In this document: positions 17,794-31,801 of the stretch, in pieces
Layout of the letters: each line of letters begins with the position of its first letter
Position numbering within the stretch: position 1 is the stretch's first letter
Assembly (NCBI GenBank): GCA_046570105.1
Contig: JBKHVI010000031.1
Span: 1 to 31,842, forward strand
DNA: 31,842 nt
Direction: 5' to 3'
Source: Bacteriovoracia bacterium
GTDB lineage: Bacteria; Bdellovibrionota; Bacteriovoracia; Bacteriovoracales; Bacteriovoracaceae
The notes under the pieces: model-generated
Databases searched by the model: none
What the model was told of the DNA's origin: nothing
What the model saw: only the letters and a program-made list of their open reading frames with translations
Translations under genes and position numbers: made by a program

Positions 17794-18603
17794 ATGAAAG
17801 CTGTTTATCTTGCCTTGGCCATCACTGTCGCTACTAGCCTAAGTGCTCAGGCCCCCGTCGATGCGGTTGCCACCGTAAACGGTAAGAAAATTACCAAAGC
17901 TCAATTTGAGGAGTATCACCAAAACAATCTTCGTTTTGTGTCGCAACGAAAAATTACCCGCGAAGTTTCACTTGATGATTTAGTTAACCGCGAACTAGGG
18001 ATTCAACGTGCACGCAAAAACGGGCTTGATAAAGATCCTGTTGTGATGGCGAAGATGGAAGAAATTCTTTACCACGCCCAAATTTCAAAAGATCTTGAAG
18101 GCGAGTTGAAGAAAATCACGGTATCTGACGACGAAGTTCGTAAGTATTACAGTGATAACAAAGAATATCGCACGGCTCACATTCTTTACCGCTTACGCGT
18201 TCAACCTTCTGAACAAGACGTAAAGAAAGCACTAGACCAGTCGCTTTCAATTTACGAAGAAGTGAAAAAGAATCCAGACAGCTTTGCCACCATGGCAAAC
18301 AAATACTCACAAACGACAGCGGCTCCTGTGGGTGGCGATCTTGGTTTCCAACCTCCGACGCGCCTAGCTCCTGAGTACTATGCAGAAATTAAAGGCCAAA
18401 AAGTGGGTTACATCACGCGTCCATTCAGAACGCAGATGGGCATTCACATCGTGAAAGTTCTTGGAATTAAAGATTATGACCAAATCGACAAGAATCTTTA
18501 TAAGAAAATCATTTACGACCAAAAGCGTGATGGTATTCTTGCCACGTATTTTAAGGGGCTCCAAAAAGGTGCCGACATTAAAATTAATAAGAGCCAATTA
18601 TAA
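17794..18603 (+). CDS. Exported parvulin (PpiC)-type peptidyl-prolyl isomerase, PrsA/EpsD-like
   Basis: 269 aa from ATG 17794 with GAGG SD. Signal peptide MKAVYLALAITVATSLSA; motifs VATVNGKKIT, AHIL, GGDLGF, GIHIVK. Confidence 0.88.
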   Translation: MKAVYLALAITVATSLSAQAPVDAVATVNGKKITKAQFEEYHQNNLRFVSQRKITREVSLDDLVNRELGIQRARKNGLDKDPVVMAKMEEILYHAQISKDLEGELKKITVSDDEVRKYYSDNKEYRTAHILYRLRVQPSEQDVKKALDQSLSIYEEVKKNPDSFATMANKYSQTTAAPVGGDLGFQPPTRLAPEYYAEIKGQKVGYITRPFRTQMGIHIVKVLGIKDYDQIDKNLYKKIIYDQKRDGILATYFKGLQKGADIKINKSQL

Positions 18604-18606
18604 TTA

Positions 18607-19518
18607 ATGTTTTCTCTATTATTCGCACTGATCCTGGGCTCGACTCCGGTCGCGGCCCAGGAAAAGTTACTTGATAAGATCGTTGCAGTTGTAAACGGAA
18701 GAGTATTCTCCCTTTCTGAACTCACACGCGTTGAAGCCACTCTTCCAGCTCGCCGAGAAATTTCACCATTCCTTTACGCCAAACAAACCTACAAACAGCC
18801 AGAAATTCTCAACATGATGGTGAACACCTTCATCATTCGCGATAAACTGGGCGCCCAAGGTTACGTCATTGGTGACGATGCAGTCGAATCGCGCATCCGT
18901 ATGACAGAAGAAAAGCTTGGCCTCAATCGCGACAGCCTTCTCGAGTTTTTGCGCATGAAAGGCATTACTTACGAAGAGTATTTTGAAGTTATCCGCGAAG
19001 CGATGGAATACAACCTCTTCTCAACACGGATCATTGGACCACTTGTCAGTGTCACCGAACAAGAACTCAAGAATGAGTTCTACAAACGCTATAGCGACAA
19101 CAAAGCACTAAGCTTTACCTACAACCTCGTCGATTTTTCTGTACCAGAAGCCCAAGCAGGCAAAGACACCGCACTTTTTGTACAGGCGCTTAAAGATTAT
19201 CAAATCACCGGTCGTCTTGGTTTTGGATTTTCAGATCTTGAAGCCAGCCCGCTCGATGGTATGAAGGAAGATGGCTTAACACCTGCCATTGCAAAGGCGC
19301 TTAGCCAAACCCCAGAAGGGAGTTTCACTCCTGCCGTTGTTCTTGGCGGAAGACTTCATAGTTTTTTCGTCAAAAATAAAGATCTGGTTGAATCACAAGC
19401 TTTTCTACAAAACAAAGCTCGCCTTGAAGATGAATTGTTCTCGCAAAAAAGCTCATCTCTGATGAGCAATTGGTTTGATCGCGAATACGCGAACTACTAC
19501 ATCAAAAAAACTTTATGA
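18607..19518 (+). CDS. surA: SurA-like periplasmic chaperone (SurA N-domain plus degenerate parvulin domain)
   Basis: 303 aa. Signal peptide, LDKIVAVVNG, and position directly before pdxA as in the classic surA-pdxA pair. Confidence 0.75.
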   Translation: MFSLLFALILGSTPVAAQEKLLDKIVAVVNGRVFSLSELTRVEATLPARREISPFLYAKQTYKQPEILNMMVNTFIIRDKLGAQGYVIGDDAVESRIRMTEEKLGLNRDSLLEFLRMKGITYEEYFEVIREAMEYNLFSTRIIGPLVSVTEQELKNEFYKRYSDNKALSFTYNLVDFSVPEAQAGKDTALFVQALKDYQITGRLGFGFSDLEASPLDGMKEDGLTPAIAKALSQTPEGSFTPAVVLGGRLHSFFVKNKDLVESQAFLQNKARLEDELFSQKSSSLMSNWFDREYANYYIKKTL

Positions 19519-20483
19519 TTGTTGTGACACAAGGGCATGAAAAGGGCATCGGTCTCGAGGTGTTCTTTAAGGCACTGGCGTTATCTCCCGCTAAATGGAC
19601 GCAGCACTGTCATCTCTTGGCCTACAAAAGTACAGTACAAAAACATTTAAAAGCACTCCGCATCGACGGTGCCATCACTTCCGAAGGAATTGATCTCCCG
19701 ACGGGTCACCTTCAATGTAGCTGGCTCTCAACAAGTAAACTTCCTCAATCTACCGTTGCGCTAGAACTCGGGATTGAGCACACCGAAGAGAACGACAGCG
19801 ATATTCTTTTCACACTACCTACAACTAAAGATGCGCTTAGAAATCCCAAGAAACCTTCACAGCGTTTTTTAGGACACACTGAGTACTTACGTGCTCGCAG
19901 CAAAACCCCTGAACTAGGTATGTTTTTTAGTTCAAATCACTTAAAAGCGCTCTTGATCACTGATCACTTACCGCTTAAAGATGTTCCCAAGATTTTAACT
20001 TCTGCACTTCTCCACAAAAAACTCACATTATCGTTGGAGTCTCTGAGAAAAATTGAGCCACAACTTAATCATGCAATCGTTGCTGGAATGAATCCCCATG
20101 CGGGTGAAGAGGGGTTGCTTGGCAATGAAGAAAAGAAACTTCTTGTTGGTCTTAAGAAAGTTAAAGTTCGGGGTTTTAAGATTTCAGGATTTTACCCTGG
20201 CGATACTCTTTTGAATCAGAAGCAGAGCAACAAAGATTTGCTTGTTTATCTTCACCATGATCAAGGCCTTGCTCCTTTTAAATCAATGATGGGGACAATA
20301 GGGGCCAATATTACTCTGGGGCTTCCGTACATTCGTCTGAGTGTTGATCATGGGACGGCCTTCGCACTCTATGGTAAAAATAGTGCGGATCCACGTGGAG
20401 CATTTTTCTGTCTCCGCAAGGCGATCGGCTACCAGGAGCGAGTTCGTGGAAAAGATACAAATCACCAAAGCACGCGTTCATAA
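19515..20483 (+). CDS. pdxA: 4-hydroxythreonine-4-phosphate dehydrogenase (PdxA family)
   Basis: 322 aa. Motifs [42 protein letters not shown] overlap with surA. Confidence 0.9.
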   Translation: MIVVTQGHEKGIGLEVFFKALALSPAKWTQHCHLLAYKSTVQKHLKALRIDGAITSEGIDLPTGHLQCSWLSTSKLPQSTVALELGIEHTEENDSDILFTLPTTKDALRNPKKPSQRFLGHTEYLRARSKTPELGMFFSSNHLKALLITDHLPLKDVPKILTSALLHKKLTLSLESLRKIEPQLNHAIVAGMNPHAGEEGLLGNEEKKLLVGLKKVKVRGFKISGFYPGDTLLNQKQSNKDLLVYLHHDQGLAPFKSMMGTIGANITLGLPYIRLSVDHGTAFALYGKNSADPRGAFFCLRKAIGYQERVRGKDTNHQSTRS

Positions 20484-23241
20484 TCTAAAGTCGATAGATG
20501 TATCGATTCCTCGCCATACGCTCACGGTTGTAACTGGACCCTCAGGTTCTGGTAAATCATCACTCGCATTTGATACCATCTATGCTGAAGGCCAGCGTCG
20601 CTACATAGAATCACTCTCATCCTACGCACGACAATTTATCGGTCAGATTGAACCACCTGATGTTGAAAGCATCACAGGCCTCTCTCCTGCGATTGCGATT
20701 GATCAAAAAAGCACAACTAAAAATCCACGCTCAACCGTTGGAACAATTACAGAGATCTACGATTACATGCGACTCTTATGGGCGCGCCTAGGTGTGCCTC
20801 ATTGCCCAGAGACAGGCGATGCGGTTCAGCGCCAAACACCGCAACAAATTATTGAACGCCTTCTCACAATGAAAGAAGGAACAAAACTTCAATTGCTCTC
20901 TCCGGTAGTTCGTCAAAAAAAGGGCGAGCACAAAGAGGAGATGGCCAAGTATCAAGTTTTGGGATTTTCTAAAGTAAGAGTAAATGGTGAACAAAAAGCC
21001 CTTGATGATTCTTTGGTTATTCCGAAAGCAAAATTTAACGATGTAGAACTTATCGTCGATCGAATTGTACTTAAAGACGGCGTTCGATCACGTCTGGCTG
21101 ATTCTGTAGAATATGCCCTTAAACTCTCTGACGGATATTTGATTGTCATAGCTGACGATAAAGAAATTTTCTTCTCTGAGAAGAACTTCAGCTTTAGAAC
21201 GAATAAATCCTATCCTGATTTAGAGCCACGCCTTTTCTCATTCAACTCACCCTTGGGTGCCTGTCAGCTATGTAATGGTCTCGGGCTCACCAAGACATTT
21301 GATATGGATTCTATCATCACAGATGAGAATCTCTCGATCAATGATGGTGCCATCGCTCCGCTTAAGAAGAGCTCATTTCTCATGCAGATGATTAAGAGTA
21401 TCGCTGCTGCTGAAAACACCGACCTCGATAAGCCACTAAAAAAACACTCCGAGAAGTTTAAATCGATACTCTTTGATGGCTCGGATAAAATTTATACCTA
21501 TAAATTTGAATCCGAAAACTCGACCTTTAACTTCAAAAAAGAATTCCCGGGCATCAAGGCCTGGCTTGAAAAGAAGTATAACGAGTCTGATTCTGAAAAA
21601 GTGAAGCTTGATCTTGAAGAATTCATGATCATCAAAAAGTGTGCCGGCTGTAAGGGCAAAAAACTCAATCCTTTCGCTCTTGCGGCAACAGTCAAAGACA
21701 AAAACATCATGGAGATCTGTGATCTTCCGGTGAATGAGTCCTTTGAATTTTTTGATTCACTTCAATTTAAAGGCAACGAAGCCGTTATCGCTCAAAAGCT
21801 TTTAAAAGAGATTCGTGATCGACTCAATTTCCTTCTCAACGTAGGCCTTGATTATCTCACGCTTAACCGAGATGCCATGACACTCTCTGGCGGTGAATCA
21901 CAACGAATTCGATTGGCGACACAAATCGGCTCAGCTCTCTCAGGCGTTCTCTATGTGCTCGATGAGCCCAGTATTGGTCTTCATCAACGGGATAACGAGA
22001 AACTTATTCAAACCTTGATTCATTTGCGTGATATCGGTAACACCGTCATTGTGGTTGAACATGACGAAGATACTATGCGTGCTGCTGACTGGTTAATTGA
22101 TATGGGACCAGCTGCTGGTATTCACGGTGGGGAGATTGTCTCTGCAGGAACTCCTAAAGACGTCGCGAAAGACCCTAAGTCGATCACAGGGAAATTTCTC
22201 GCTGGAAAAGAAAAAATTGAAGTCCCTAAAGTTCGTCGTAAGTGGACTGATAAGCTAGTTCTCCAAGAAGCCAAAGAGCATAACTTGAACGGTGTAACCC
22301 TAGAGATCCCAGTAGGGACGATGACGTGTCTCACGGGAGTATCTGGTTCGGGTAAATCAACTCTCGTTCATCGCATTCTTATACCAGCAGTAAAAACTTA
22401 TCTCTCAAAAGGGCGCAAGCCCAGTTCCGCTAATTACCGTGCCATTAGTGGAGTTGATAAATTCCAAAGCGTGATTGAACTCGATCAAGCACCGATTGGC
22501 CGCACACCGCACTCAAACCCAGCCACTTATACAGGTTTGTTTGATGACATTAGAAACATCTACTCACAGACCAATGAATCAAAAGTGCGCGGGTATAAGC
22601 CCGGACGCTTTAGCTTCAACGTAAAGGGTGGTCGTTGTGAGACATGTGAAGGGAACGGAAGTCTCAAAATCGAGATGCACTTTCTGCCCGATGTTTATGT
22701 TCAATGCCAAGACTGTGGTGGCAAGCGCTACAATCCAGAGACCCTCTCAATTCTTTATCGCGGCAAAAATATCGCCGACGTTCTTGAGATGTCGATTGAA
22801 GAAGCCGTCACCTTCTTTGAAAACCACACCAAGGTGGCACGCACACTTCGCGTCTTAAATGATGTAGGTCTTGGCTATATTAAACTCGGCCAGCCAGCGA
22901 CGACACTTTCTGGCGGTGAAGCTCAGCGTATGAAGCTTTCACGCGAACTTTCTAAAGCCGTTAAGGGCAACACACTTTATGTTCTCGATGAACCCACAAC
23001 CGGTCTTCACTTCAACGATATTCGTATTCTCCTGAAGGCGCTCAATCGTTTAGTGGATCTCGGCCACACACTGCTTGTGATCGAGCACAACCTAGATGTG
23101 ATTAAGACTGCCGACTGGGTAGTTGATCTGGGTCCTGAGGGCGGCAAGGGCGGGGGAGAGATCGTGGCATTTGGCACACCTGAGCAGGTGGCGAAGTCGA
23201 AGCGGTCGCATACCGGAAAATTCTTAGCGAAGATGCTCTAA
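20446..23241 (+). CDS. uvrA: Excinuclease ABC subunit A
   Basis: 931 aa from GTG 20446 with AGGAG SD, overlapping pdxA by 38 nt. Two GxSGSGKS Walker A motifs, two LSGGE signatures, FSFN motifs, zinc fingers. Confidence 0.98.
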   Translation: MEKIQITKARVHNLKSIDVSIPRHTLTVVTGPSGSGKSSLAFDTIYAEGQRRYIESLSSYARQFIGQIEPPDVESITGLSPAIAIDQKSTTKNPRSTVGTITEIYDYMRLLWARLGVPHCPETGDAVQRQTPQQIIERLLTMKEGTKLQLLSPVVRQKKGEHKEEMAKYQVLGFSKVRVNGEQKALDDSLVIPKAKFNDVELIVDRIVLKDGVRSRLADSVEYALKLSDGYLIVIADDKEIFFSEKNFSFRTNKSYPDLEPRLFSFNSPLGACQLCNGLGLTKTFDMDSIITDENLSINDGAIAPLKKSSFLMQMIKSIAAAENTDLDKPLKKHSEKFKSILFDGSDKIYTYKFESENSTFNFKKEFPGIKAWLEKKYNESDSEKVKLDLEEFMIIKKCAGCKGKKLNPFALAATVKDKNIMEICDLPVNESFEFFDSLQFKGNEAVIAQKLLKEIRDRLNFLLNVGLDYLTLNRDAMTLSGGESQRIRLATQIGSALSGVLYVLDEPSIGLHQRDNEKLIQTLIHLRDIGNTVIVVEHDEDTMRAADWLIDMGPAAGIHGGEIVSAGTPKDVAKDPKSITGKFLAGKEKIEVPKVRRKWTDKLVLQEAKEHNLNGVTLEIPVGTMTCLTGVSGSGKSTLVHRILIPAVKTYLSKGRKPSSANYRAISGVDKFQSVIELDQAPIGRTPHSNPATYTGLFDDIRNIYSQTNESKVRGYKPGRFSFNVKGGRCETCEGNGSLKIEMHFLPDVYVQCQDCGGKRYNPETLSILYRGKNIADVLEMSIEEAVTFFENHTKVARTLRVLNDVGLGYIKLGQPATTLSGGEAQRMKLSRELSKAVKGNTLYVLDEPTTGLHFNDIRILLKALNRLVDLGHTLLVIEHNLDVIKTADWVVDLGPEGGKGGGEIVAFGTPEQVAKSKRSHTGKFLAKML

Positions 23242-23275
23242 AATAAAGAAGGCCCCTTTCGGGGCCTTCTTATTT
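23241..23275. terminator. Bidirectional intrinsic terminator between convergent uvrA and atpE
   Basis: 11-bp perfect stem AAGAAGGCCCC-TTTC-GGGGCCTTCTT (23246-23271), with U-rich tails on both strands. Confidence 0.9.
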
Positions 23276-23298
23276 AACTTTTGCCAGGGGCAAAAAAA

Positions 23299-23529
23299 TT
23301 AAAGCGTTGGCTTGATCAAGAACGCGATAACGAACGCGTAAATTACCAAAGATTCGATAAGAGCAAGAGCGATAATCATCGGAGTGAAAAGCTTGTCAGC
23401 AGCAGCTGGGTTACGAGCGATACCTTCTAGAGCTACAGAAGCAGCTTTAGATTGAGCGATTGCGCCACCGATAGAAGCTGAAGTAATTGTTAAACCAGCA
23501 GCAATTGCAAGCCATGCATTCAATTCCAT
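23299..23529 (-). CDS. atpE: F-type ATP synthase subunit c
   Basis: 76 aa helical hairpin with GIARNP loop and ALIESLVIY carboxylate motif; AAGGA SD. Confidence 0.97.
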   Translation of the reverse strand: MELNAWLAIAAGLTITSASIGGAIAQSKAASVALEGIARNPAAADKLFTPMIIALALIESLVIYAFVIAFLIKPTL

Positions 23530-23590
23530 TGTCGTATCCTTTTTTTGACCCGTAGGTCGGTTTATTAAAAAATCTTCTTCAATGCTCTAC

Positions 23591-24361
23591 TTAGTGGTGC
23601 GCGTGCTCTTCATGATCGTGATGAGCGGTTGCAAGACTAATGTAAACCATAGTCAGAAGTGTAAAGACGAAAGCCTGCATGAAACACACGAACAATCCAA
23701 TCACGTAGAATGGAATAGGAACGATGTACGGCACAAGGTTCGAGAAAATCGAAAGAACCAAGTGGTCACCTTCCATATTTCCTTTGAGGCGAAGGCCCAA
23801 AGAAAGCGGACGGACTGCGTGTGAGATAAGTTCGATAGGGAAGATCAGAATCGCTAAGTACCAAACCGGGCCCATAAAGTGCTTAATATGGCCGACGATG
23901 CCTTGCTCTTTAATACCTTGGTAGTTGTAGTACAAGAACACAAACAAGCCGAGAGCGAGTGTTGTGTTGAAGTTATCAGTAGGTGGCAAAAAGCCTGGAA
24001 TCAAACCGATGACGTTATTGATGAAAATGAATGAGAAGAGTAACACGATAACGGTGTAGTACTTCTTCGCTTGTTCTTCGCCCATGATGTTGCGAGCAAG
24101 GTTGTAAACAAACTGACCCAAAGCTTCCACCAAGTTACGGAATGAAATTCCGCGATCAGGAATGGCGATGTTTTTTACGTTTGAACTTTTAGAACGGTAT
24201 AGAACTCCGATCATTAAAAACAAAAGAGTTGTTAATCCAAAAGTTAAAACGTGCTGGTGCGGATAATGAAACTTATCAGCGAGTTGGCTAATAAATGTAT
24301 ATCCACTCGCAAAAGCGTGAGTTGGAATAAGCGCAAGAAGGCACAAAGCTAAACGTGTCAT
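23591..24361 (-). CDS. atpB: F-type ATP synthase subunit a
   Basis: 256 aa. Motifs NNVIGLIPG, PPT, RPLSLGLRLKGNM, QAFVFTLLTMVY. Confidence 0.97.
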   Translation of the reverse strand: MTRLALCLLALIPTHAFASGYTFISQLADKFHYPHQHVLTFGLTTLLFLMIGVLYRSKSSNVKNIAIPDRGISFRNLVEALGQFVYNLARNIMGEEQAKKYYTVIVLLFSFIFINNVIGLIPGFLPPTDNFNTTLALGLFVFLYYNYQGIKEQGIVGHIKHFMGPVWYLAILIFPIELISHAVRPLSLGLRLKGNMEGDHLVLSIFSNLVPYIVPIPFYVIGLFVCFMQAFVFTLLTMVYISLATAHHDHEEHAHH

Positions 24362-24762
24362 TCTGATGAACCTTTATTGATGAAATCGCCTATGTTTTTA
24401 ATACTCAGAATGAGGATAATCAATTGAAATGTGTAGAGAAGAAGGCCTTGCGCCACAATGTGTCGAGCGTATAAAATGAGGTAATAAAATATCGCACCCA
24501 AAACTGAGAATTTTAGTGCGACCTGAATCCATAAGGTGAGCTTCTCGGTAAGGGACAATTCACGTGCCTCAGCACTCATTCGACCCAGTAATTTGCCAAG
24601 AATAACAAACATAAGCCATTGATTTAAAACAGAACCACCAATAACAGCGAGCAAGATCACTGCATCGAGCAAGTTCCATTTCGAAGCAAAAAGGCCGATG
24701 ACAATGGCTGCAACTGTTCCCAGCCAATATTTTTTATTGTCTATTTTTTCCGACCAATCCAT
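24358..24762 (-). CDS. ATP synthase accessory protein I-like (4-TM)
   Basis: 134 aa, about 4 TM segments, ATGA overlap with atpB. Called from position and topology. Confidence 0.6.
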   Translation of the reverse strand: MDWSEKIDNKKYWLGTVAAIVIGLFASKWNLLDAVILLAVIGGSVLNQWLMFVILGKLLGRMSAEARELSLTEKLTLWIQVALKFSVLGAIFYYLILYARHIVAQGLLLYTFQLIILILSIKNIGDFINKGSSE

Positions 24763-24949
24763 AACGCACCATAAGAAAAAGTGTGTTCACAATTACTAAA
24801 AGCATCACCACTAAAAGTGTCGTCCAACCAATAAGACCTTTTTGCACAAGAATATAAAGCCCAAAAAACACTCCCACAATCAAAGAAGGGAGTCCCATGG
24901 CCAGTGCGAGCACTTTCCACCAGGCCTGGGGTTGTGAATCTTCTTTCAT
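24734..24949 (-). CDS. AtpZ/'ATPase gene 1'-like small 2-TM protein
   Basis: 71 aa; ALAMGLPSLIVGVFFGLY followed by a second TM; lies upstream of the atpI-like gene and atpB. Confidence 0.55.
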   Translation of the reverse strand: MKEDSQPQAWWKVLALAMGLPSLIVGVFFGLYILVQKGLIGWTTLLVVMLLVIVNTLFLMVRYGLVGKNRQ

Positions 24950-25764
24950 CTTTTTCTCGCCACTCGACGTGCATACAACGCTTTCAAGCGATCTTTGATA
25001 ATTTGTGGATTCGGATAATCGTCAAGCAATGAGTAGTAGATGTTATAGGCTTCTTTGAGCTTATCGCCAGATTCGTAGGCGTTTGCGATTAAAAATTTGG
25101 TTTTGATAATGAGATCTTTGCGCTTTTCACGCTTAATATACTCAAGCCATCTCTCAACCGCTGGATCCCAACGTTGTTGATAATAACGAACAAGACCTTG
25201 ATAATAGAAACTTTCAATATGGTGAGCGTGGTTCGTGTTAAGTGCTAATCGCGCGAAACGAACATCGGCCACATCAAGCTGACCATCTTCAAAAAGAGAT
25301 TCCGCTACACGAAAATCGTAAAAATCTGCGTTTTGTAATCGCGGCTGAAAATCGAGCAGCATTTGATAGGCACGAACAGCTTCTTTAAATTTCCGAGCGA
25401 AAGAAAAGTTAATATCGGCGATTTTCTCGAGTGAGCGGACCTGATTTCTCGGATCGTCATCATTATCTACAATATATTTATAGTGTGTCAGTGCGCGTGT
25501 TTGCTGGTTGAGATAGAGGTAATAAATCTCAGCTAATTGATAGTGAATCTTAGTTTGAATTAGTTTTACAGGGCTTTGCTTAAGCAAACGTTCGTAAGCT
25601 TCGGCAGCTTTTTCGTATTCTTGTCGCTCGACATAATCTTGGGCAGTCAGAATCTCGCGATTCAACCCAGAGGTGAAATCACAGCTACCTAAAAGAATGA
25701 GCCCCGCTAAAAGCGGGGCCCAGATAAATTTACTGTAACTCAGGCGTGCCTTCCGGAGTCCCAT
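24946..25764 (-). CDS. TPR-repeat lipoprotein (BamD/CpoB-like architecture)
   Basis: 272 aa from ATG 25764 with GAGGG SD. Basic N-region, hydrophobic stretch, lipobox LGSC, then TPRs ([28 protein letters not shown]). Confidence 0.78.
   Translation of the reverse strand: MGLRKARLSYSKFIWAPLLAGLILLGSCDFTSGLNREILTAQDYVERQEYEKAAEAYERLLKQSPVKLIQTKIHYQLAEIYYLYLNQQTRALTHYKYIVDNDDDPRNQVRSLEKIADINFSFARKFKEAVRAYQMLLDFQPRLQNADFYDFRVAESLFEDGQLDVADVRFARLALNTNHAHHIESFYYQGLVRYYQQRWDPAVERWLEYIKREKRKDLIIKTKFLIANAYESGDKLKEAYNIYYSLLDDYPNPQIIKDRLKALYARRVARKR
25691..25719 (-). terminator. Possible intragenic terminator/attenuator hairpin just after gyrA
   Basis: Minus strand GCCCCGCT-TTT-AGCGGGGC followed by TCATTCTTTT, 10 nt after the gyrA stop and inside the lipoprotein signal-peptide codons. 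Confidence 0.45.
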
Positions 25765-28222
25765 CTGTTCCCTCTGGTACTTCATCAGGATCAACAATCT
25801 TCTCAACAGCTACAACTTTCTCATCAGGCTTAACATTGATGAGGCGAACGCCTTGTGTATTTCTGCCGAGGAGTGAAATTCCTGAAATCTTCGTTCTGAT
25901 AACTTGGCCCTTATCCGTAATAATCATCAAATCATCACGTTCAGTGACAGGCTTAATCGAAACTATAGTTCCGGTTTTATCAGTTAACTTCATCGCCAAA
26001 ATACCCTTCCCACCACGAGATTGTGAGCGATATTCAGACTCTTCCGAGCGTTTACCATAGCCACGATCAGTGACAGTTAGAATTTCTGTTCCCGGTTCGA
26101 GAATTTCCATTCCGATAACTTTTTCACCTTCCTCAAGTGCCATTCCTTTCACACCTTGAGAAACGCGGCCCATCGCGCGAGCATCATCTTCATTGAAGCG
26201 AATAGTTTTACCGCCAGAAGAGCAGAGCAATACGTCTTTCTTACCATCGGTAATACGAACTGCGTTTACTGCATCACCGTCGACGACTTTGATCGCTTTA
26301 ATACCGCTCGACTTCACGTTGTTGTACTCGGTGAGTTCAGAGCGCTTAACAATACCGTGCTCAGTTGAAATGATAAGGAATTTACCTTCACGCTCTTTTG
26401 GAACAGTGATGATCTGCTGAACTTTTTCGCCAGCCGGGATATTCATTAAGTTTACAACGTTACGGCCCTTACTGGTGCGTTGACCTTCAGGGATTTGATA
26501 AACTTTAAGAGTAAAGACTGTACCCTTATCGGTGAATATCATGAGTGTGTCGTGGGTCTCAGCTGTAAAGATCGTAGTGTAGAAGTCTTCTTCTAGATCC
26601 GCTCCTTTAACACCCTTACCGCCACGTTTTTGAGAACGGTAAGTGTCGATTGCCATACGCTTCAGATAGCCCTTGTGCGTAATAGTAACAATCACTTCCT
26701 CGTTTGCGATGAGATCTTCCATTTGGAATTCGTCAGCTTGCGCTACGATTTCAGTTTTTCTTTCATCGCCATAATTCTCTTTAATCATATCGAATTCAGT
26801 GCGAATAATTCCTGCAATGAGTTTTTCGCTGCCAAGAATTTCTTCCAAGCGAGCAATCTCTTTCATAACAGCTTGGTAGTCAGCAACGATCTTGTCACGT
26901 TCAAGGCCGGTTAAGCGCTGGAGGCGCATATCCAAGACAGCTTGGGCCTGGATAGCTGAAAGCGTGAACTTGTTCATCAACTGGTCTTTCGCCTGTTGAG
27001 GACCTTCCGCCTTCTTAATTAATTCTACAATTGCGTCGATGTTTTCAACGGCAATCTTTAAACCTTCTAAAATATGAGCACGCTCTTTGGCTTTTTTGAG
27101 CTCATAAGTTGTACGGCGGATAACAACTTCACGTCGGTGTTCAATGAAGCATTGGAGCATCTCTTTCAAATTCATTACTTTCGGCTGACCATTTGAAATG
27201 GAGAGGAAAATAATACCGAAAGAAACCTGCATCTGTGTTTGCTTATAAAGACGGTTCAAGAGAACCGAAGCATTTTCACCACGTTTAACATCGATAACAA
27301 CACGGATACCTTCACGCGAAGATTCATCGCGGATATCTGAAATGCCTTCGAGAGCTTTTTCATGTACCAATTCAGCAATTCTCTCAATGAGTTTTGCTTT
27401 GTTAACTTGATAAGGAATTTCAGAAATAACGATTTTTTCACGATCATTCTTTCCAACTTCAATTTCGGCTTTGGCACGAATTTGAATTACGCCTTTGCCC
27501 GTCATGAAGGCCTGCATAATGCCTGAAGTTCCGTGGATCGATCCACCCGTAGGGAAGTCTGGCCCAGGAATAATCTTGATAAGTTCATGCAGTGAAATTT
27601 GTGGATTTTCGATGAGGGCAATCAATCCATTCGCGACCTCAGTCATATTATGAGGTGGAATATTGGTCGCCATACCAACGGCAATACCAGCTGAACCATT
27701 AATCAATAAGTTTGGAATTTTTGTTGGAAGAACTGTTGGTTCTTGTAAAGAACCGTCATAGTTTTCCTGCCAATCGACTGTTTCCTTGTCGATGTCATCC
27801 ATCATTTCGTTCGCCATCTTCTGCATACGAACTTCGGTGTATCGCATAGCTGCGGCGTTATCACCGTCGATAGATCCGAAATTACCTTGGCCATCAATAA
27901 TGGTGTAGCGCATAGAGAAATCTTGCGCCAAACGAACCATGGCTCCATACACAGCAGAGTCACCATGTGGATGATATTTACCGATAACATCACCGACCAC
28001 ACGAGCTGATTTCAAATACGGACGACCAGCGTAGTTATTCAGCATGTGCATAGCGAATAGAATACGACGGTGTACGGGCTTGAAACCATCACGTACGTCA
28101 GGAAGGGCACGGCCAACAATGACCGACATGGCGTAGTCGAGATAACAGCTCTTCATCTCGTCTTGAATGAGGAGCGGAGCTATGTTTCCGTGATTAGGTG
28201 TCGAATTATTATCATTACTCAT
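25730..28222 (-). CDS. gyrA: DNA gyrase subunit A
   Basis: 830 aa. Motifs [14 protein letters not shown] (catalytic Tyr), GyrA-box QKRGGKG, beta-pinwheel CTD. Confidence 0.99.
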   Translation of the reverse strand: MSNDNNSTPNHGNIAPLLIQDEMKSCYLDYAMSVIVGRALPDVRDGFKPVHRRILFAMHMLNNYAGRPYLKSARVVGDVIGKYHPHGDSAVYGAMVRLAQDFSMRYTIIDGQGNFGSIDGDNAAAMRYTEVRMQKMANEMMDDIDKETVDWQENYDGSLQEPTVLPTKIPNLLINGSAGIAVGMATNIPPHNMTEVANGLIALIENPQISLHELIKIIPGPDFPTGGSIHGTSGIMQAFMTGKGVIQIRAKAEIEVGKNDREKIVISEIPYQVNKAKLIERIAELVHEKALEGISDIRDESSREGIRVVIDVKRGENASVLLNRLYKQTQMQVSFGIIFLSISNGQPKVMNLKEMLQCFIEHRREVVIRRTTYELKKAKERAHILEGLKIAVENIDAIVELIKKAEGPQQAKDQLMNKFTLSAIQAQAVLDMRLQRLTGLERDKIVADYQAVMKEIARLEEILGSEKLIAGIIRTEFDMIKENYGDERKTEIVAQADEFQMEDLIANEEVIVTITHKGYLKRMAIDTYRSQKRGGKGVKGADLEEDFYTTIFTAETHDTLMIFTDKGTVFTLKVYQIPEGQRTSKGRNVVNLMNIPAGEKVQQIITVPKEREGKFLIISTEHGIVKRSELTEYNNVKSSGIKAIKVVDGDAVNAVRITDGKKDVLLCSSGGKTIRFNEDDARAMGRVSQGVKGMALEEGEKVIGMEILEPGTEILTVTDRGYGKRSEESEYRSQSRGGKGILAMKLTDKTGTIVSIKPVTERDDLMIITDKGQVIRTKISGISLLGRNTQGVRLINVKPDEKVVAVEKIVDPDEVPEGTDGTPEGTPELQ

Positions 28223-28224
28223 AA

Positions 28225-31792
<3,568 letters not shown>

Positions 31793-31801
31793 ATGTGTGA
31801 A

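Noticed and set aside
23279..23295. Small inverted repeat TTTTGCC-AGG-GGCAAAA after atpE
   Set aside because: Weak, mostly A/T stem; the adjacent 11-bp hairpin already explains termination.
24741..24974. 77-aa alternative-frame ORF over the atpZ-like gene
   Set aside because: It is not hydrophobic; the 71-aa frame has an ATGA overlap and the expected 2-TM pattern.
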